Positions 27,294-37,790 of a DNA stretch of 64,000 nt are shown here, one piece after another (the stretch's first letter is position 1; the number at the start of each line of letters is the position of its first letter). Source of the stretch: Rubripirellula sp. (lineage in GTDB: Bacteria > Planctomycetota > Planctomycetia > Pirellulales > Pirellulaceae); assembly GCA_965216875.1 (NCBI GenBank), contig OZ244207.1:3840001-3904000 (forward strand), read 5' to 3'. Made by a program: the position numbers and the translations under genes. The notes under the pieces are model-generated. The model made no database searches and was not told where the DNA came from. It was given only the letters and a program-made list of their open reading frames with translations.

Positions 27294-30068
27294 GTGGGGC
27301 CAGAAGATCAAGAGTTGATCGATGAATTTGTCATCGAATCAAACGAACATCTATCAGACATTGAAGGTCAACTTCTTAGCATCGAATCGGCGGGCGCTGA
27401 TATCGATGTCGACCTAGTCAATACAGTCTTTCGCGGCGTGCACTCGATCAAAGGAGCCGCCGGCTTCTTGGGTTTGACGCGCGTCAACGAACTCGCACAC
27501 GCGATTGAGAATGTGTTGAACCTGATGCGAGAGCGGACGCTCGTTCCGACCTCGGCCATCATCAACGTCATGCTTTCCGCGTCGGACACTTTGCAGTCGA
27601 TGCTGGACGACATCTTCAATTCAAACGATGTCGATGTATCGAGCCACGTGACGACGCTTGAAGCGATCGCCGAGGGTGGCAACGGCGATGCAGCACCGAG
27701 TGAGGACGAAACGGCTGCAACCGAGCAACCTGCAGCTGAAATGCCCGAGGAAGTGGCCGCCCAAGCACCTGCTCCCGTCGCTGAGACCCCGGTCGCTGAA
27801 GCTCCCGCTGCCAAAGCTCCAGAGCCGCAACCCGCGCCCGAGCCCGCGCCAGCTCCGAAGCCAAAACCGGCTGCCAAGAAACCCGACAATGACGCTGCCG
27901 GCGCCAAGTCTTCCGGCAGTGCTTCCGAAACCAACATCCGCGTCTCCGTCGAAGCACTCGACCGCCTCATGAACCTGGCGGGCGAACTCGTGCTCGGTCG
28001 TAACCAATTGATGCAAACCATCGCGGTTGGTGAGACAAGCGGACTTGAGGCCGTTGCCGCCAAAGTCAACCAAGTCACCTGCGAAATGCAAGACGCTGTG
28101 ATGCAGACGCGCATGCAGCCCATCGGCAACGTTTTCAACCGATTCAATCGCGTTGTTCGTGACCTGAGTGCCAAACTCGGCAAACGATGCCGACTGACCA
28201 TCGAAGGCAAAGACGTCGAAGTCGATAAGACGATCATCGAAGCAATCGCCGACCCACTGACGCACCTCGTTCGAAATGCCATCGACCACGGTCTGGAAAC
28301 CCCAGACATTCGCGACGCCAATGGCAAACCTGCCGAAGGCGAACTGAGTCTGCGAGCATTCCACCAATCGGGCAAGGTCTGCATCGAGATCGCTGACGAC
28401 GGCGGCGGAATCGACACCGAGAAGATCAAGCAAAAAGCAATCGACAAGGGATTGATCACCGAAGATCAAGCCTCCGACATGCACGGCCGCGATGCCTTGC
28501 GACTCATTTTCGCACCTGGCTTCTCGACGGCCGAACAAATCAGCGACGTCAGTGGTCGCGGTGTCGGGATGGATGTCGTCCGTACCAACATCGAACGTCT
28601 CGGCGGTGCCGTCGAAATCGAATCGAATCTCGGCGAAGGGACAACCATCCAGGTCAAGTTGCCGCTGACCTTGGCAATCATTCCGTCGCTCATCGTTCAC
28701 TGCCGCGGCAGCCGATTTGCGATCCCTCAGCTGAACATCGTCGAATTGGTACGGATTCGCCGCCGCGAACTCGACACTCGCATTGGCACCGTCAAGAATG
28801 CCGAAGTCTTGCGATTGCGAGGCTGCTTGTTGCCATTGGTTCGACTTGGCGACGCGTTGAACCTCCAATCCGATGAAGGTGACGACTCCAACGGCGAACG
28901 TGAAGCTCTAAGCATCATCGTTGTCGAAACGGGCCAACAACGCTTTGGCTTGATCGTGGACGGTCTTTTCGATTCGGAAGAAATCGTCGTCAAGCCGCTC
29001 GGTCGCCATTTGAACGAATGCCGGTGCTTGTCGGGAGCCACCATCCTGGGTGACGGACGCATTGCATTGATCCTTGACGTTGCCGGCATCGGCCAACACG
29101 TCCAACTGGATGCGACCGCTGACGTTTCCAACCGAATCGATACCGCTCACGACGAAGAACAAGAAATCGAAGGCGACACTCAGTCGTTGCTGTTGTTCAA
29201 CAACCACGACGACGAGCAGTTTGCAGTGCCGATGGGTGTTGTGTCGCGAATCGAACGTATCCAGTGGAGTCAGACCTGCGAAGTTGGCAACCAGCTTCTC
29301 TTGCAGTACCCCGACCGCTCGCTACCGTTGATTCGACTCGAAAACGAAATCAACGCATCGGCACCTACCGATGTCGAACGCGTCTTCATCGTGGTGTTCG
29401 AGGTTTCCGGCAAGGAATTCGGCCTGATTGCACCAATCCTTCACGACGTCCGAACCGTCACCGCGGTTGTTGACGACGCGACGTTGCAAGAATCTGGCGT
29501 GATCGGTTCACTTGTGATCGACGAAACAACAACGCGTCTGTTGGACATGCACGAATTGGTTCTCACCAACCATGCCGGTTGGTTGACCAAACGTTCGCAA
29601 GCCGAAGAAGAAACTCCGATCCGCATCCTGTTGGTCGAAGACTCGAACTTCTTCCGCCGACAGGTCCGCAAACAGCTCGAACAAGACGGTTTCGAAATCA
29701 CCGAAGCGGTCGATGGGCAAGAAGGCTGGGAAATCGTGCAGCGAGACCCATCGCAATTCGATCTGCTGGTGACCGACATCGAAATGCCTCGCATGAATGG
29801 ATTTGAATTCTGCAAGCGAGTCAAGCGAGACCCAGCCACCAATCAGCTTCCAGTGATCGCACTGACGTCACTTGCGGGTGATGAAGACATGCGAAAGGGC
29901 ATCGAATGCGGCGTCGACGACTACCAAGTCAAACTCGACCGCGAAGAACTGCTCAAAGCCATCCAGCGGCTGATGCCCGAAAAGGCTGCCAAACGCTCGA
30001 CCAAGCCAATCGTTGCTCCGGTCGTGGCCCCTGCTGCAGCTCCAATCATGCCGGGCGCGTTGGTCTAG
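27294..30068 (+). CDS. cheA: Hybrid CheA (Hpt-dimerisation-HATPase-CheW-CheW-REC)
   Basis: FRGVHSIKG, LMNLAGELV, HLVRNAIDHG, FAPGFST..VSGRGVGMDVV, two CheW-like domains, C-terminal receiver (VTDIEMP); GTG 27294 likely, ATG 27261 possible. Confidence 0.95.
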   Translation: MGPEDQELIDEFVIESNEHLSDIEGQLLSIESAGADIDVDLVNTVFRGVHSIKGAAGFLGLTRVNELAHAIENVLNLMRERTLVPTSAIINVMLSASDTLQSMLDDIFNSNDVDVSSHVTTLEAIAEGGNGDAAPSEDETAATEQPAAEMPEEVAAQAPAPVAETPVAEAPAAKAPEPQPAPEPAPAPKPKPAAKKPDNDAAGAKSSGSASETNIRVSVEALDRLMNLAGELVLGRNQLMQTIAVGETSGLEAVAAKVNQVTCEMQDAVMQTRMQPIGNVFNRFNRVVRDLSAKLGKRCRLTIEGKDVEVDKTIIEAIADPLTHLVRNAIDHGLETPDIRDANGKPAEGELSLRAFHQSGKVCIEIADDGGGIDTEKIKQKAIDKGLITEDQASDMHGRDALRLIFAPGFSTAEQISDVSGRGVGMDVVRTNIERLGGAVEIESNLGEGTTIQVKLPLTLAIIPSLIVHCRGSRFAIPQLNIVELVRIRRRELDTRIGTVKNAEVLRLRGCLLPLVRLGDALNLQSDEGDDSNGEREALSIIVVETGQQRFGLIVDGLFDSEEIVVKPLGRHLNECRCLSGATILGDGRIALILDVAGIGQHVQLDATADVSNRIDTAHDEEQEIEGDTQSLLLFNNHDDEQFAVPMGVVSRIERIQWSQTCEVGNQLLLQYPDRSLPLIRLENEINASAPTDVERVFIVVFEVSGKEFGLIAPILHDVRTVTAVVDDATLQESGVIGSLVIDETTTRLLDMHELVLTNHAGWLTKRSQAEEETPIRILLVEDSNFFRRQVRKQLEQDGFEITEAVDGQEGWEIVQRDPSQFDLLVTDIEMPRMNGFEFCKRVKRDPATNQLPVIALTSLAGDEDMRKGIECGVDDYQVKLDREELLKAIQRLMPEKAAKRSTKPIVAPVVAPAAAPIMPGALV

Positions 30069-30125
30069 CCGACGCCGCCTTCATCACAAAACAAAACCGC
30101 AACTTCCAAACAGGAAGCGAGACCT

Positions 30126-30581
30126 ATGTCCGCGTTAATCGAATCAACACCTTTGCAAGATACGGCCACGTCCCAGTACGTGTCCTTCTACCTCGGAAAC
30201 CTGCTGTTGGGACTTCCCATTCATCAGGTCCAAGAAATCAATCGTCACCTCGACGTCACACGAGTTCCTCACGCGGCCTACATGGTTCGCGGCGTGATCA
30301 ATCTTCGTGGCGAAGTGGTGACTGTGATCGATCTACCTCAGGTGTTGGGGCTGGCGCCGGCCGAAATCACTCGGTCCAGTCGAAATGTCATCGTGCACCA
30401 TGGAGATCAATTGATCGGTCTGATGGTCGACGATGTGGCGGACATTCTTGAGATCCACAAAAAGGAAATCACGGCACCACCGGCAAACGTCAGTGGCGTC
30501 GACGGCAAGTTCTTCAAAGGCGTTTACACCACGACCGATGACATCGTTGTCATCTTGGACTTGCAAGAAACGCTTTCCTAA
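30126..30581 (+). CDS. cheW: Chemotaxis coupling protein CheW
   Basis: VQEI, TRVPHA, GVINLRGEVVTVIDL, GLMVDDV. Confidence 0.95.
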   Translation: MSALIESTPLQDTATSQYVSFYLGNLLLGLPIHQVQEINRHLDVTRVPHAAYMVRGVINLRGEVVTVIDLPQVLGLAPAEITRSSRNVIVHHGDQLIGLMVDDVADILEIHKKEITAPPANVSGVDGKFFKGVYTTTDDIVVILDLQETLS

Positions 30582-30650
30582 ACACGAAACAAACCGTTCA
30601 TCGCGATTTGAAAACACCTACACAACAATTGATGATCAAGGGGCAAAACA

Positions 30651-32804
30651 ATGAACCTCACCATTCGTAAGAAATTAATGATCGGCTGTATGCTTACGGG
30701 CATCATCGCCACAGCCGGTGCCGTCGGCATGGCTTGGCAAGCCGCTACGCAAGCAGCGGACATTACTGCAAACGGCTTTATGTCGCTTGCGGTCGACGTT
30801 GCAGACAAGATCGACCGCAACCTGTTCGAGCGCTACGGCGATGTCCAAGCGTTCGCCATGAACGGTGCGGCCCAAGACCGTGACGCGTGGCACAATAACG
30901 ACGACGACAACCCGCTTGTCGAAGCGATGAATGGCTACGTCGACAACTATGACATTTATTACCTGACCATGCTGGTCGACCTCGATGGCAAGGTTGCCGC
31001 GGTCAACACCAAAGATTCTGACGGACGAAAGATCGACACCTCTTCCGTCCTCAACGCCAACTTCGCCGATGCGAAATGGTTCAAAGACGCCCGCGACGGA
31101 CGTTTCTACGCTTCCGAAGATGGTTCCTTTACGGGATCGGTCGTTGAAGACCTCTACGTCGACGATTCGGTCAAGCAAGTCTACGGCGACGAAGGTCTAG
31201 CACTCGGATTCGCGGCACCTGTTCGCGACGAAAAAGGCAACGTGATCGCCATTTGGAAAAACGTTGCGAAGTTCAGCTTGGTTGAGGAAGTTCTGCTGGC
31301 AACCTATGGCGATCTGAAGAAACGAGATCTCACCACGGCCGAACTAACGATCCTCAATGGAACAGGACACGTCATCGTTGACTGCGACCCAACGAAGACC
31401 GGCAGCGAATCAATCAAACGCGATCTCGACGTGATCGGCAAGTTCAAGCTCGTCGGCAAGAACGTTGAATCGGCCGACCGCGTGCACGATGGCGAAACCG
31501 GTGCCATCAAGTACTCATTCCACGCACGGAAGAAGATCTACCAATGTGCTGGCTTCGCTCCGACGCGAGGAGCACTCGGATTCCCTGGCATGAACTGGAA
31601 CGTGCTCGTACGGGCAGATGCAAGCGAAGCACTCGCAAGCGTCAAATCGCTCAAGTCGATGATCATCTACTTCTCGGTCATCATGTTGGGTGCCGTCGTC
31701 TTCATGTCTTGGTTCCTGGCAAACCGCCTGACCAGCCCCATTAAGCGAGCTGGCGAAAACCTCAAGCGAATGGCTGCTGGCGACCTGACACAACGAATGG
31801 ACACCGGAGACGGTTATGAGTTTGACCAAATGGCCGACTCCTTCAACACGTTCGCTGCAAGCATCGAAGGTGTGATGGAAAATCTCGCCTCCAACGCAAA
31901 CGTCCTGAACAATTCGTCGACCGATCTCTCGAGCGTGTCACACGATTTGGCCAGCGGTGCTGAAGAAGCCACGGGTCAATCGGGAACGGTTGCCGCAGCT
32001 GCCGAGGAAATGTCGGTCAACATGAGCAACATCGCTCGCTCGACGGACGAAGTTTCCAGCAACGTCAAGGACGCTGCGAGTGCGGTTGAGCAAATCAACC
32101 AATCGATCGGTGAAGTCGCCGAAAACGCCGAACGATCGGCAACGGTTGCTGGCGACGCAGCACGTCTGGTCAACCTCAGTAACGAAAAGATCGAAGATCT
32201 TGGCGGTGCCGCCGACGAAATCGGCAAAGTGATCGAAGTGATTCAAGATATCGCCGAGCAAACCAACTTGCTGGCATTGAACGCAACGATCGAAGCTGCT
32301 CGTGCGGGTGACGCCGGTAAAGGTTTTGCCGTGGTCGCGACAGAAGTCAAAGAACTTGCCAAGCAAACCGCTGCAGCCACCGACGACATTCGCCATCGCA
32401 TCGAAGGCATCCAATCGTCGACCGGTGACGCCGTTGGAGCGATCCGAGAAATCAGCGACGTGATCAGCAACGTCAACGAGGTTTCACGAACGATCGCCAA
32501 TGCCGTTGACGAACAACGTCAAACAACCAAGCAGATCACCGAAACCGTTCGCCAAACCGCGATCGCTTCGGAAACGGTTGCTAAAGGCATCAACGAATCG
32601 GCTGTGGCCAGTGAAGAAATCACGCAGAACATCAGCCGGGTTGACCAAGTGCTTCAGCGAACCGCTGCCGGAGCACACCAAAGCCGCGAAGCTGGCGACA
32701 GCTTCTCGGACTTGGCCGAGCAAATGAAGAGCCTGGTCGCTCAGTTCAAGACTGCAGCCAATCCAGATTCGGAATCGACCGAGCAGTCGACCCTTGCTGT
32801 CTAA
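30651..32804 (+). CDS. Methyl-accepting chemotaxis protein with large Cache-like periplasmic domain
   Basis: Two TMs, [55 protein letters not shown]. Confidence 0.95.
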   Translation: MNLTIRKKLMIGCMLTGIIATAGAVGMAWQAATQAADITANGFMSLAVDVADKIDRNLFERYGDVQAFAMNGAAQDRDAWHNNDDDNPLVEAMNGYVDNYDIYYLTMLVDLDGKVAAVNTKDSDGRKIDTSSVLNANFADAKWFKDARDGRFYASEDGSFTGSVVEDLYVDDSVKQVYGDEGLALGFAAPVRDEKGNVIAIWKNVAKFSLVEEVLLATYGDLKKRDLTTAELTILNGTGHVIVDCDPTKTGSESIKRDLDVIGKFKLVGKNVESADRVHDGETGAIKYSFHARKKIYQCAGFAPTRGALGFPGMNWNVLVRADASEALASVKSLKSMIIYFSVIMLGAVVFMSWFLANRLTSPIKRAGENLKRMAAGDLTQRMDTGDGYEFDQMADSFNTFAASIEGVMENLASNANVLNNSSTDLSSVSHDLASGAEEATGQSGTVAAAAEEMSVNMSNIARSTDEVSSNVKDAASAVEQINQSIGEVAENAERSATVAGDAARLVNLSNEKIEDLGGAADEIGKVIEVIQDIAEQTNLLALNATIEAARAGDAGKGFAVVATEVKELAKQTAAATDDIRHRIEGIQSSTGDAVGAIREISDVISNVNEVSRTIANAVDEQRQTTKQITETVRQTAIASETVAKGINESAVASEEITQNISRVDQVLQRTAAGAHQSREAGDSFSDLAEQMKSLVAQFKTAANPDSESTEQSTLAV

Positions 32805-33012
32805 AGACGGCCTGGTTTGACACCAACTCCACTCGCTGGTGGCCTAACAAAACACGACGAGACTCTTAGGACTCGTCGTGTTTGGCTTCCCAAGCGAATT
32901 GAAAAAGACATGACTCTCGGCTTTGGCAAAGCTACCTGGCGGGAAGGTTTGCCAAGGCCTGAGTCAACTAAGCCAACAACTACCATCACGTTCACGCGAT
33001 TCCCCAAGCACC

Positions 33013-34134
33013 ATGACTAGCCCCGCGAAACTGAGAGTACTCGTTGCTGATGACTCGACGATCTTCCGAAAGGTCGTACGAGACGCACTCGCCGACGTAC
33101 CCGACGTCGAAGTGGTCGGACATGCGACCAACGGCGCAATCGCGATCGAACAATTGATAACACTGAAACCAGATTTGGTCACGCTTGATATCGAGATGCC
33201 CAAGAAAGATGGACTCGAAGTCTTGCAGGAAATCAAATCGAGAGGCCTCGACACCGGCGCGATCATGATCAGCGCCTCCACTGGCGCTGGGGCCCGAGCC
33301 ACAACCAAGTCCCTTGAGCTCGGTGCCTTCGATTTTGTTCTTAAGCCGTCAGGCAGTGACTATCGAGAGAACACGGCCAACCTGACTCAAGAGTTGATCC
33401 CCCGCATTCGAGCTTTCCATGATGCGAGGGCCGGCAAAAAGAATCGCCAGCAACAACCCCAACGCAGCCTCGAATCGGCAGCACCGACGGAAGTCGATGA
33501 CACACCCGTCGCCGAAACAAAAACCGTCCGCGAATTTGAAAGCCCTGATGTCATTCTGATGGGAGTCTCAACAGGCGGGCCAGAAGCTCTGATGAAGGTA
33601 CTACCGAAATTGCCAAGCGATTTAGGCGTGCCCATCCTTATCGTCCAACACATGCCCAAAATGTTCACCCGTTCGCTCGCCGAAGACCTGAATCGCGCAT
33701 CGATGATTAACGTCGTCGAAGCCAGCGACGGCGAGCCAATCAAATCGGGTTGCTGTTACATCGCACCGGGTGGAAAACAGCTTGCCGTTTTCCGACGGGG
33801 GACCGAGATCGTCGCCAATGTGAACGACGATCCTCCCGTGCGTAGTTGCCGTCCCTCTGTCGATTACATGTTCCGTTCGGCATCGAAGGTTTGGGGCAAA
33901 CGAATCTTGGCAGTCATCATGACGGGAATGGGCGATGACGGCAGCCACAGTCTTCGCGAAATGTACCCTATGGGTGTTCATGTCATTGCCCAAGACGAGG
34001 CAACGAGCACGGTCTACGGCATGCCACGCCGGGTCGTCGAAGAAGGACACGCCGACACGATCTGCCCACTTGGTTCCATTGCCGGAACAATCACCCGCAT
34101 GATCCGTCGACATGGAGCTCGGACATGCGTTTAG
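33013..34134 (+). CDS. cheB: Protein-glutamate methylesterase CheB (REC + esterase)
   Basis: TLDIEMP receiver; GVSTGGP, VQHMP and MTGMGDDG catalytic motifs; ATG 33013. Confidence 0.96.
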   Translation: MTSPAKLRVLVADDSTIFRKVVRDALADVPDVEVVGHATNGAIAIEQLITLKPDLVTLDIEMPKKDGLEVLQEIKSRGLDTGAIMISASTGAGARATTKSLELGAFDFVLKPSGSDYRENTANLTQELIPRIRAFHDARAGKKNRQQQPQRSLESAAPTEVDDTPVAETKTVREFESPDVILMGVSTGGPEALMKVLPKLPSDLGVPILIVQHMPKMFTRSLAEDLNRASMINVVEASDGEPIKSGCCYIAPGGKQLAVFRRGTEIVANVNDDPPVRSCRPSVDYMFRSASKVWGKRILAVIMTGMGDDGSHSLREMYPMGVHVIAQDEATSTVYGMPRRVVEEGHADTICPLGSIAGTITRMIRRHGARTCV

Positions 34135-34976
34135 GAACCAACCCTCGCGAACTGGAAGAAATGTGCGACTTGATCCACGACCTATGTGGAATCTCGCTCA
34201 GTTCCTCCAAGTCCTACCTGCTTGAAAGCCGCCTTAGCGAGCTGCTCGGCAAAAACCAATGCAGCAACTACTCGGATCTCTGCGTCAAAGCGCGCGATCC
34301 AAGTCAACATGCTTTGCGACGAGAACTGGTCAACCGAATGACCACTAACGAAACGCTGTTCTTCCGTGACAGCGCGCCGTTCAATGCTCTGCAATACAAG
34401 CTGATTCCTGAAATGATCGACGCCAAAGAACAGCTCCATCGGCAGAAATGCCTGCGAGTCTGGTCGGCTGGCTGCAGTACGGGACAAGAGGCATACAGCG
34501 CCGCGATGGTTCTCCGCGAACTGCTTGAAGAGTACCCTTCGTGGGATATCAAGATCGTCGGCACCGACATTTCGTCCGATGTGGTCCAACAAGCTTCGCG
34601 CGGGCACTTTGACGCAACAGCCGTTGATCGCGGATTGCCAATGCACTTCCGCAACAAATACTTCGATCGCGAAGGGGATGGATGGCGAGCGAACAGTCTT
34701 TTGCGTTCGATGGTGCAATTCCGGCAGGCGAATTTGCTTGAACCCTTTAACGCAATCGGGTCGTTTGACGTGATCTTCTGCCGCAACGTCGCCATCTACT
34801 TCAATCAAGAAAACCGTGTCTCGCTATTTCGCAGGTTCCTAAAACACCTGACCAGCGAAGGCATTCTGATTGTCGGTTCCGCCGAAGCATGGGGAGATTT
34901 GAAGGACATGTACCGTCCCGAAAGTCATTGCCATGCAACCATCTATCGTCCGCTGCAGGTCGCCGCTGCACGCTAG
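34125..34976 (+). CDS. cheR: Chemotaxis methyltransferase CheR
   Basis: TTNETLFFRD, RVWSAGCSTGQEAYS, FDVIFCRNVAIYF. Confidence 0.96.
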   Translation: MRLGTNPRELEEMCDLIHDLCGISLSSSKSYLLESRLSELLGKNQCSNYSDLCVKARDPSQHALRRELVNRMTTNETLFFRDSAPFNALQYKLIPEMIDAKEQLHRQKCLRVWSAGCSTGQEAYSAAMVLRELLEEYPSWDIKIVGTDISSDVVQQASRGHFDATAVDRGLPMHFRNKYFDREGDGWRANSLLRSMVQFRQANLLEPFNAIGSFDVIFCRNVAIYFNQENRVSLFRRFLKHLTSEGILIVGSAEAWGDLKDMYRPESHCHATIYRPLQVAAAR

Positions 34977-35130
34977 TGCAGCGGACTGCAATTGCGCTTC
35001 CACCAGCAGAAATCCTTGCCCAAGTCCACACAGCTGAGCCGCAATCGCGTAAGCGGCCGGGCCATAATCGGCCTCACGCTCGCTGTGCGTCGGCAAGGGC
35101 CCGAGGGCTGACGGCCAGCGGCTCACGGCA
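34973..35130 (+). repeat. Repeat family A copy beginning at the cheR stop codon
   Basis: CTAGTGCAGCGGACTGCAATTGCG... aligns with the reverse complement of 25048-25210. Confidence 0.88.
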
Positions 35131-35246
35131 CGAGGTGCCTGGCCCATGTCCAACTCGCGGGGTCTGCCAACCGCGGACCGTTGCCTTGCAGATCGCTATA
35201 TTGTCACCAAACAACACTGATTGGTGACTTGATAAAGCGATACGCG

Positions 35247-36320
35247 ATGACACTGCCAGCAACGACGGAACCCACCACCGACCCCACCCCCATTTTCGAA
35301 CACTTTCGCGGTAGCCACGGAAGTGAACTACTCACGATCGCCGTGGCGCACTACGACATCTTCGGCCGGTTGAGCAAGACCCCGTTGACGCTTGCCGACC
35401 TTGGCAAAGCACTGTCACTTCAGCAGCGTCCGATGGTCGTCCTCGTCACGGCGCTTCGCGCGATGGGACTCTTGGACGAAGTCGACGACAAGCTAACGGT
35501 TTCTGCGCTTGCCAAGGAACATCTCGTCCCCGGCGCGAGCTTCGATGTTGGCGACTACGTCGGGCTCGCCGCGCAAAGCCCCGGTGTGCTGGCGATGTTG
35601 AATCTCCTGCAAACCAACCGACCTCTCGGCATGAACGAAGAAGCCGGAACAGCATTCATCTATCGTGATGGGATCGAATCGGCGATGGAAAAGGAGGAGT
35701 CGGCGCGGCACTTCACCATGGCCTTGGCGGGCCGCGCAAAAAACGTCGCGCCAAAATTGGCCAGCGCCATTCCAGCTGACGAAATCAACGTCCTCTTGGA
35801 CGTCGGTTGCGGCACCGGCATCTACAGCTATGCGATGCTGCAGCGTAATCCGAACCTAAAAGCCATCCTGTTTGATCGCCCCGAGGTTCTCAAGATCGCC
35901 TCCCAGATGGCTGAGCAATACGGCGTCAATGATCGCGTACAGTTCGTTGCGGGCGATATGTTTTCCGACGACTTGCCAAGTGGCGCCGACGCGATCCTCT
36001 TGTCAAACATCCTGCACGACTGGGATGTCCAAACGTGCAAGGACTTGGTTGCGACCTGTGGCAAGTTGCTCCCTGCGGGCGGTCGCTTGTTCGTTCATGA
36101 CGTCTTTCTCAACGACGAGCTCGACGGCCCTCTTCCCATCGCACTTTATTCTGCTTCGCTTTTCTCGTTCACCGAAGGCCGCGCCTACAGCGCTGCGGAA
36201 TACAAAGATTGGATCGAGGCCGCCGGACTCACCCCCTCCGCGATGGCTCCGACAATGGTTCACTGCCAAGTCTTGACCGCAGAAAAGCCTGCTGCACCCG
36301 TGGAATCGAGCAAGCTTTGA
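35247..36320 (+). CDS. SAM-dependent O-methyltransferase (dimerisation + Methyltransf_2, ASMT/CrtF-like)
   Basis: LLDVGCGTG, LFDRP, AGDMF, SNILHDW; ATG 35247. Confidence 0.9.
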   Translation: MTLPATTEPTTDPTPIFEHFRGSHGSELLTIAVAHYDIFGRLSKTPLTLADLGKALSLQQRPMVVLVTALRAMGLLDEVDDKLTVSALAKEHLVPGASFDVGDYVGLAAQSPGVLAMLNLLQTNRPLGMNEEAGTAFIYRDGIESAMEKEESARHFTMALAGRAKNVAPKLASAIPADEINVLLDVGCGTGIYSYAMLQRNPNLKAILFDRPEVLKIASQMAEQYGVNDRVQFVAGDMFSDDLPSGADAILLSNILHDWDVQTCKDLVATCGKLLPAGGRLFVHDVFLNDELDGPLPIALYSASLFSFTEGRAYSAAEYKDWIEAAGLTPSAMAPTMVHCQVLTAEKPAAPVESSKL

Positions 36321-36326
36321 CCCAAA

Positions 36327-36593
36327 CTACGATCTTCCTTGCCCGCCAAAGTACAAGACGAGCAAGTAAAACAGAATTCCAAAGAGGCTGACGGCGGTCG
36401 CAAAAAGTGCGGTCAAACGCTCACCCTGATGCACGCTACGCCAAGTCGATGACGTCATGTAGCCGCAAAACAGAGCGACACAAAGAAAAGGAATGCTAAG
36501 CACCGAGGCGCCAAACCCTCCCAGGTCCCAAGCAGCCATCGCGACGCCGGTGACAAAGATGATAAACAGGAGGTGAAGAATCCGGAATTTCAT
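36327..36593 (-). CDS. Small multi-TM hypothetical protein
   Basis: 88 aa, three hydrophobic segments, N-terminus MKFRILHLL. Confidence 0.6.
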   Translation of the reverse strand: MKFRILHLLFIIFVTGVAMAAWDLGGFGASVLSIPFLCVALFCGYMTSSTWRSVHQGERLTALFATAVSLFGILFYLLVLYFGGQGRS

Positions 36594-36828
36594 GCGCCAA
36601 CTCTTTCACATCGTGAAACCATTCCTACGCACGCTATGCACCGACGGGTTCGCGAAAAAAGCGCCCGCAAGGAGCCTGCCTTCAGCCTAAAGAGAGCCCC
36701 TGCGCAAAAACAACCCAGTGGTGAGGCCTTAGACCACAAACCTCGTCGACATTGACGACGGTAGGGTTGGTAGAATTTGCAACTCGTTCAGGGATTTTTT
36801 TCGCCCCATCCCCAAACAGAGAGTGACA

Positions 36829-37518
36829 ATGAGTCGTTACAGCATCGAAGAGTTCGTCCAACAAACCCGACAACAGGACCTTGGGCAAGGCCTCTTCGAA
36901 CTCGAGTCCGAGCGGATGCTTGAACTGAACCTTAACGGAATGGTTTGGACCAAGATGGGTTCCATGGTCGCCTATCGCGGGAATGTGAAATTCACACGTG
37001 AAGGGATCATGGAGCAGGGCATCGGGAACCTTCTCAAGAAGGCGGTTTCGGGCGAAGGAGCCCGTTTGACCAAAGCCGAAGGCCAGGGGCAAGTTTACCT
37101 GGCCGACAGCGGCAAGAAGGTCACGATCTTGAACCTCGAAAACGATTCGATTTTCGTCAACGGTAGCGACCTGCTGGCGTTCGAATCATCCATCAAGTTC
37201 GACATCAAGATGATGAAGAAGGCGTCCGCCATGTTGACCGGAGGGCTCTTCAACATTCGCCTTGAAGGGTCAGGCATGGTCGCCTTCACGACTCACTACG
37301 ATCCGCTCACTTTGATGGTGACGCCAGATTGCCCCGTCATCACCGACCCGAATGCAACCGTCGCCTGGTCCGGGACGCTGGAACCGCGAATTCGTACCGA
37401 CATGTCGCTCAAGACCTTTGTCGGTCGTGGAAGTGGCGAATCGATTCAAACCGAATACGCTGGAAACGGCTTTGTGGTGATTCAACCGTTCGAAGAAGCA
37501 ATGTTCCAGGCTGGCTAG
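36829..37518 (+). CDS. AIM24 (DUF124) family protein
   Basis: KMGSMVAYRG, GQGQVYLAD, GGLFNIRL.GSG, TDPNATVAWS, GESIQ...GFVVIQP. Confidence 0.9.
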   Translation: MSRYSIEEFVQQTRQQDLGQGLFELESERMLELNLNGMVWTKMGSMVAYRGNVKFTREGIMEQGIGNLLKKAVSGEGARLTKAEGQGQVYLADSGKKVTILNLENDSIFVNGSDLLAFESSIKFDIKMMKKASAMLTGGLFNIRLEGSGMVAFTTHYDPLTLMVTPDCPVITDPNATVAWSGTLEPRIRTDMSLKTFVGRGSGESIQTEYAGNGFVVIQPFEEAMFQAG

Positions 37519-37752
37519 TGCCGCGGATTGGGGTTACGGTGCCATGAGGTGAAGTGCTTGCCCAGGTGAACGAGCATTCCAACAAACAGCCTCCCGCTTG
37601 CGGGAGGGTCGGACGCTAAAGTCCGGGGAGGGAAGAATCGTTCAAAAACAGACCCTCTCCGGGCCTTAGAGCCCGACTCTCCCAAGGGAGAGTGTTTTTT
37701 AAAGACGCAGTTCCCAAGCCTAGTGGTTGCTCAATTGCGACCCGCAGCACTT
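37515..37752. repeat. Family C element (37590-37703) enclosed by family-A-type ends
   Basis: CTAGTGCCGCGGATTG at 37515 and reverse AGTGCTGCGGGTCGCAATTG ending ~37752; interior is the reverse complement of the 7093 and 43363 elements. Confidence 0.75.
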
Positions 37753-37790
37753 GCCTCCGCTTCTGACCCTCTGTTCGAGAGTAAACGAAT

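Noticed and set aside
32911..32966. c-di-GMP-I riboswitch before cheB
   Set aside because: GGCAAA is present, but the GAAA tetraloop, the second GCAAA and the receptor stem are not.
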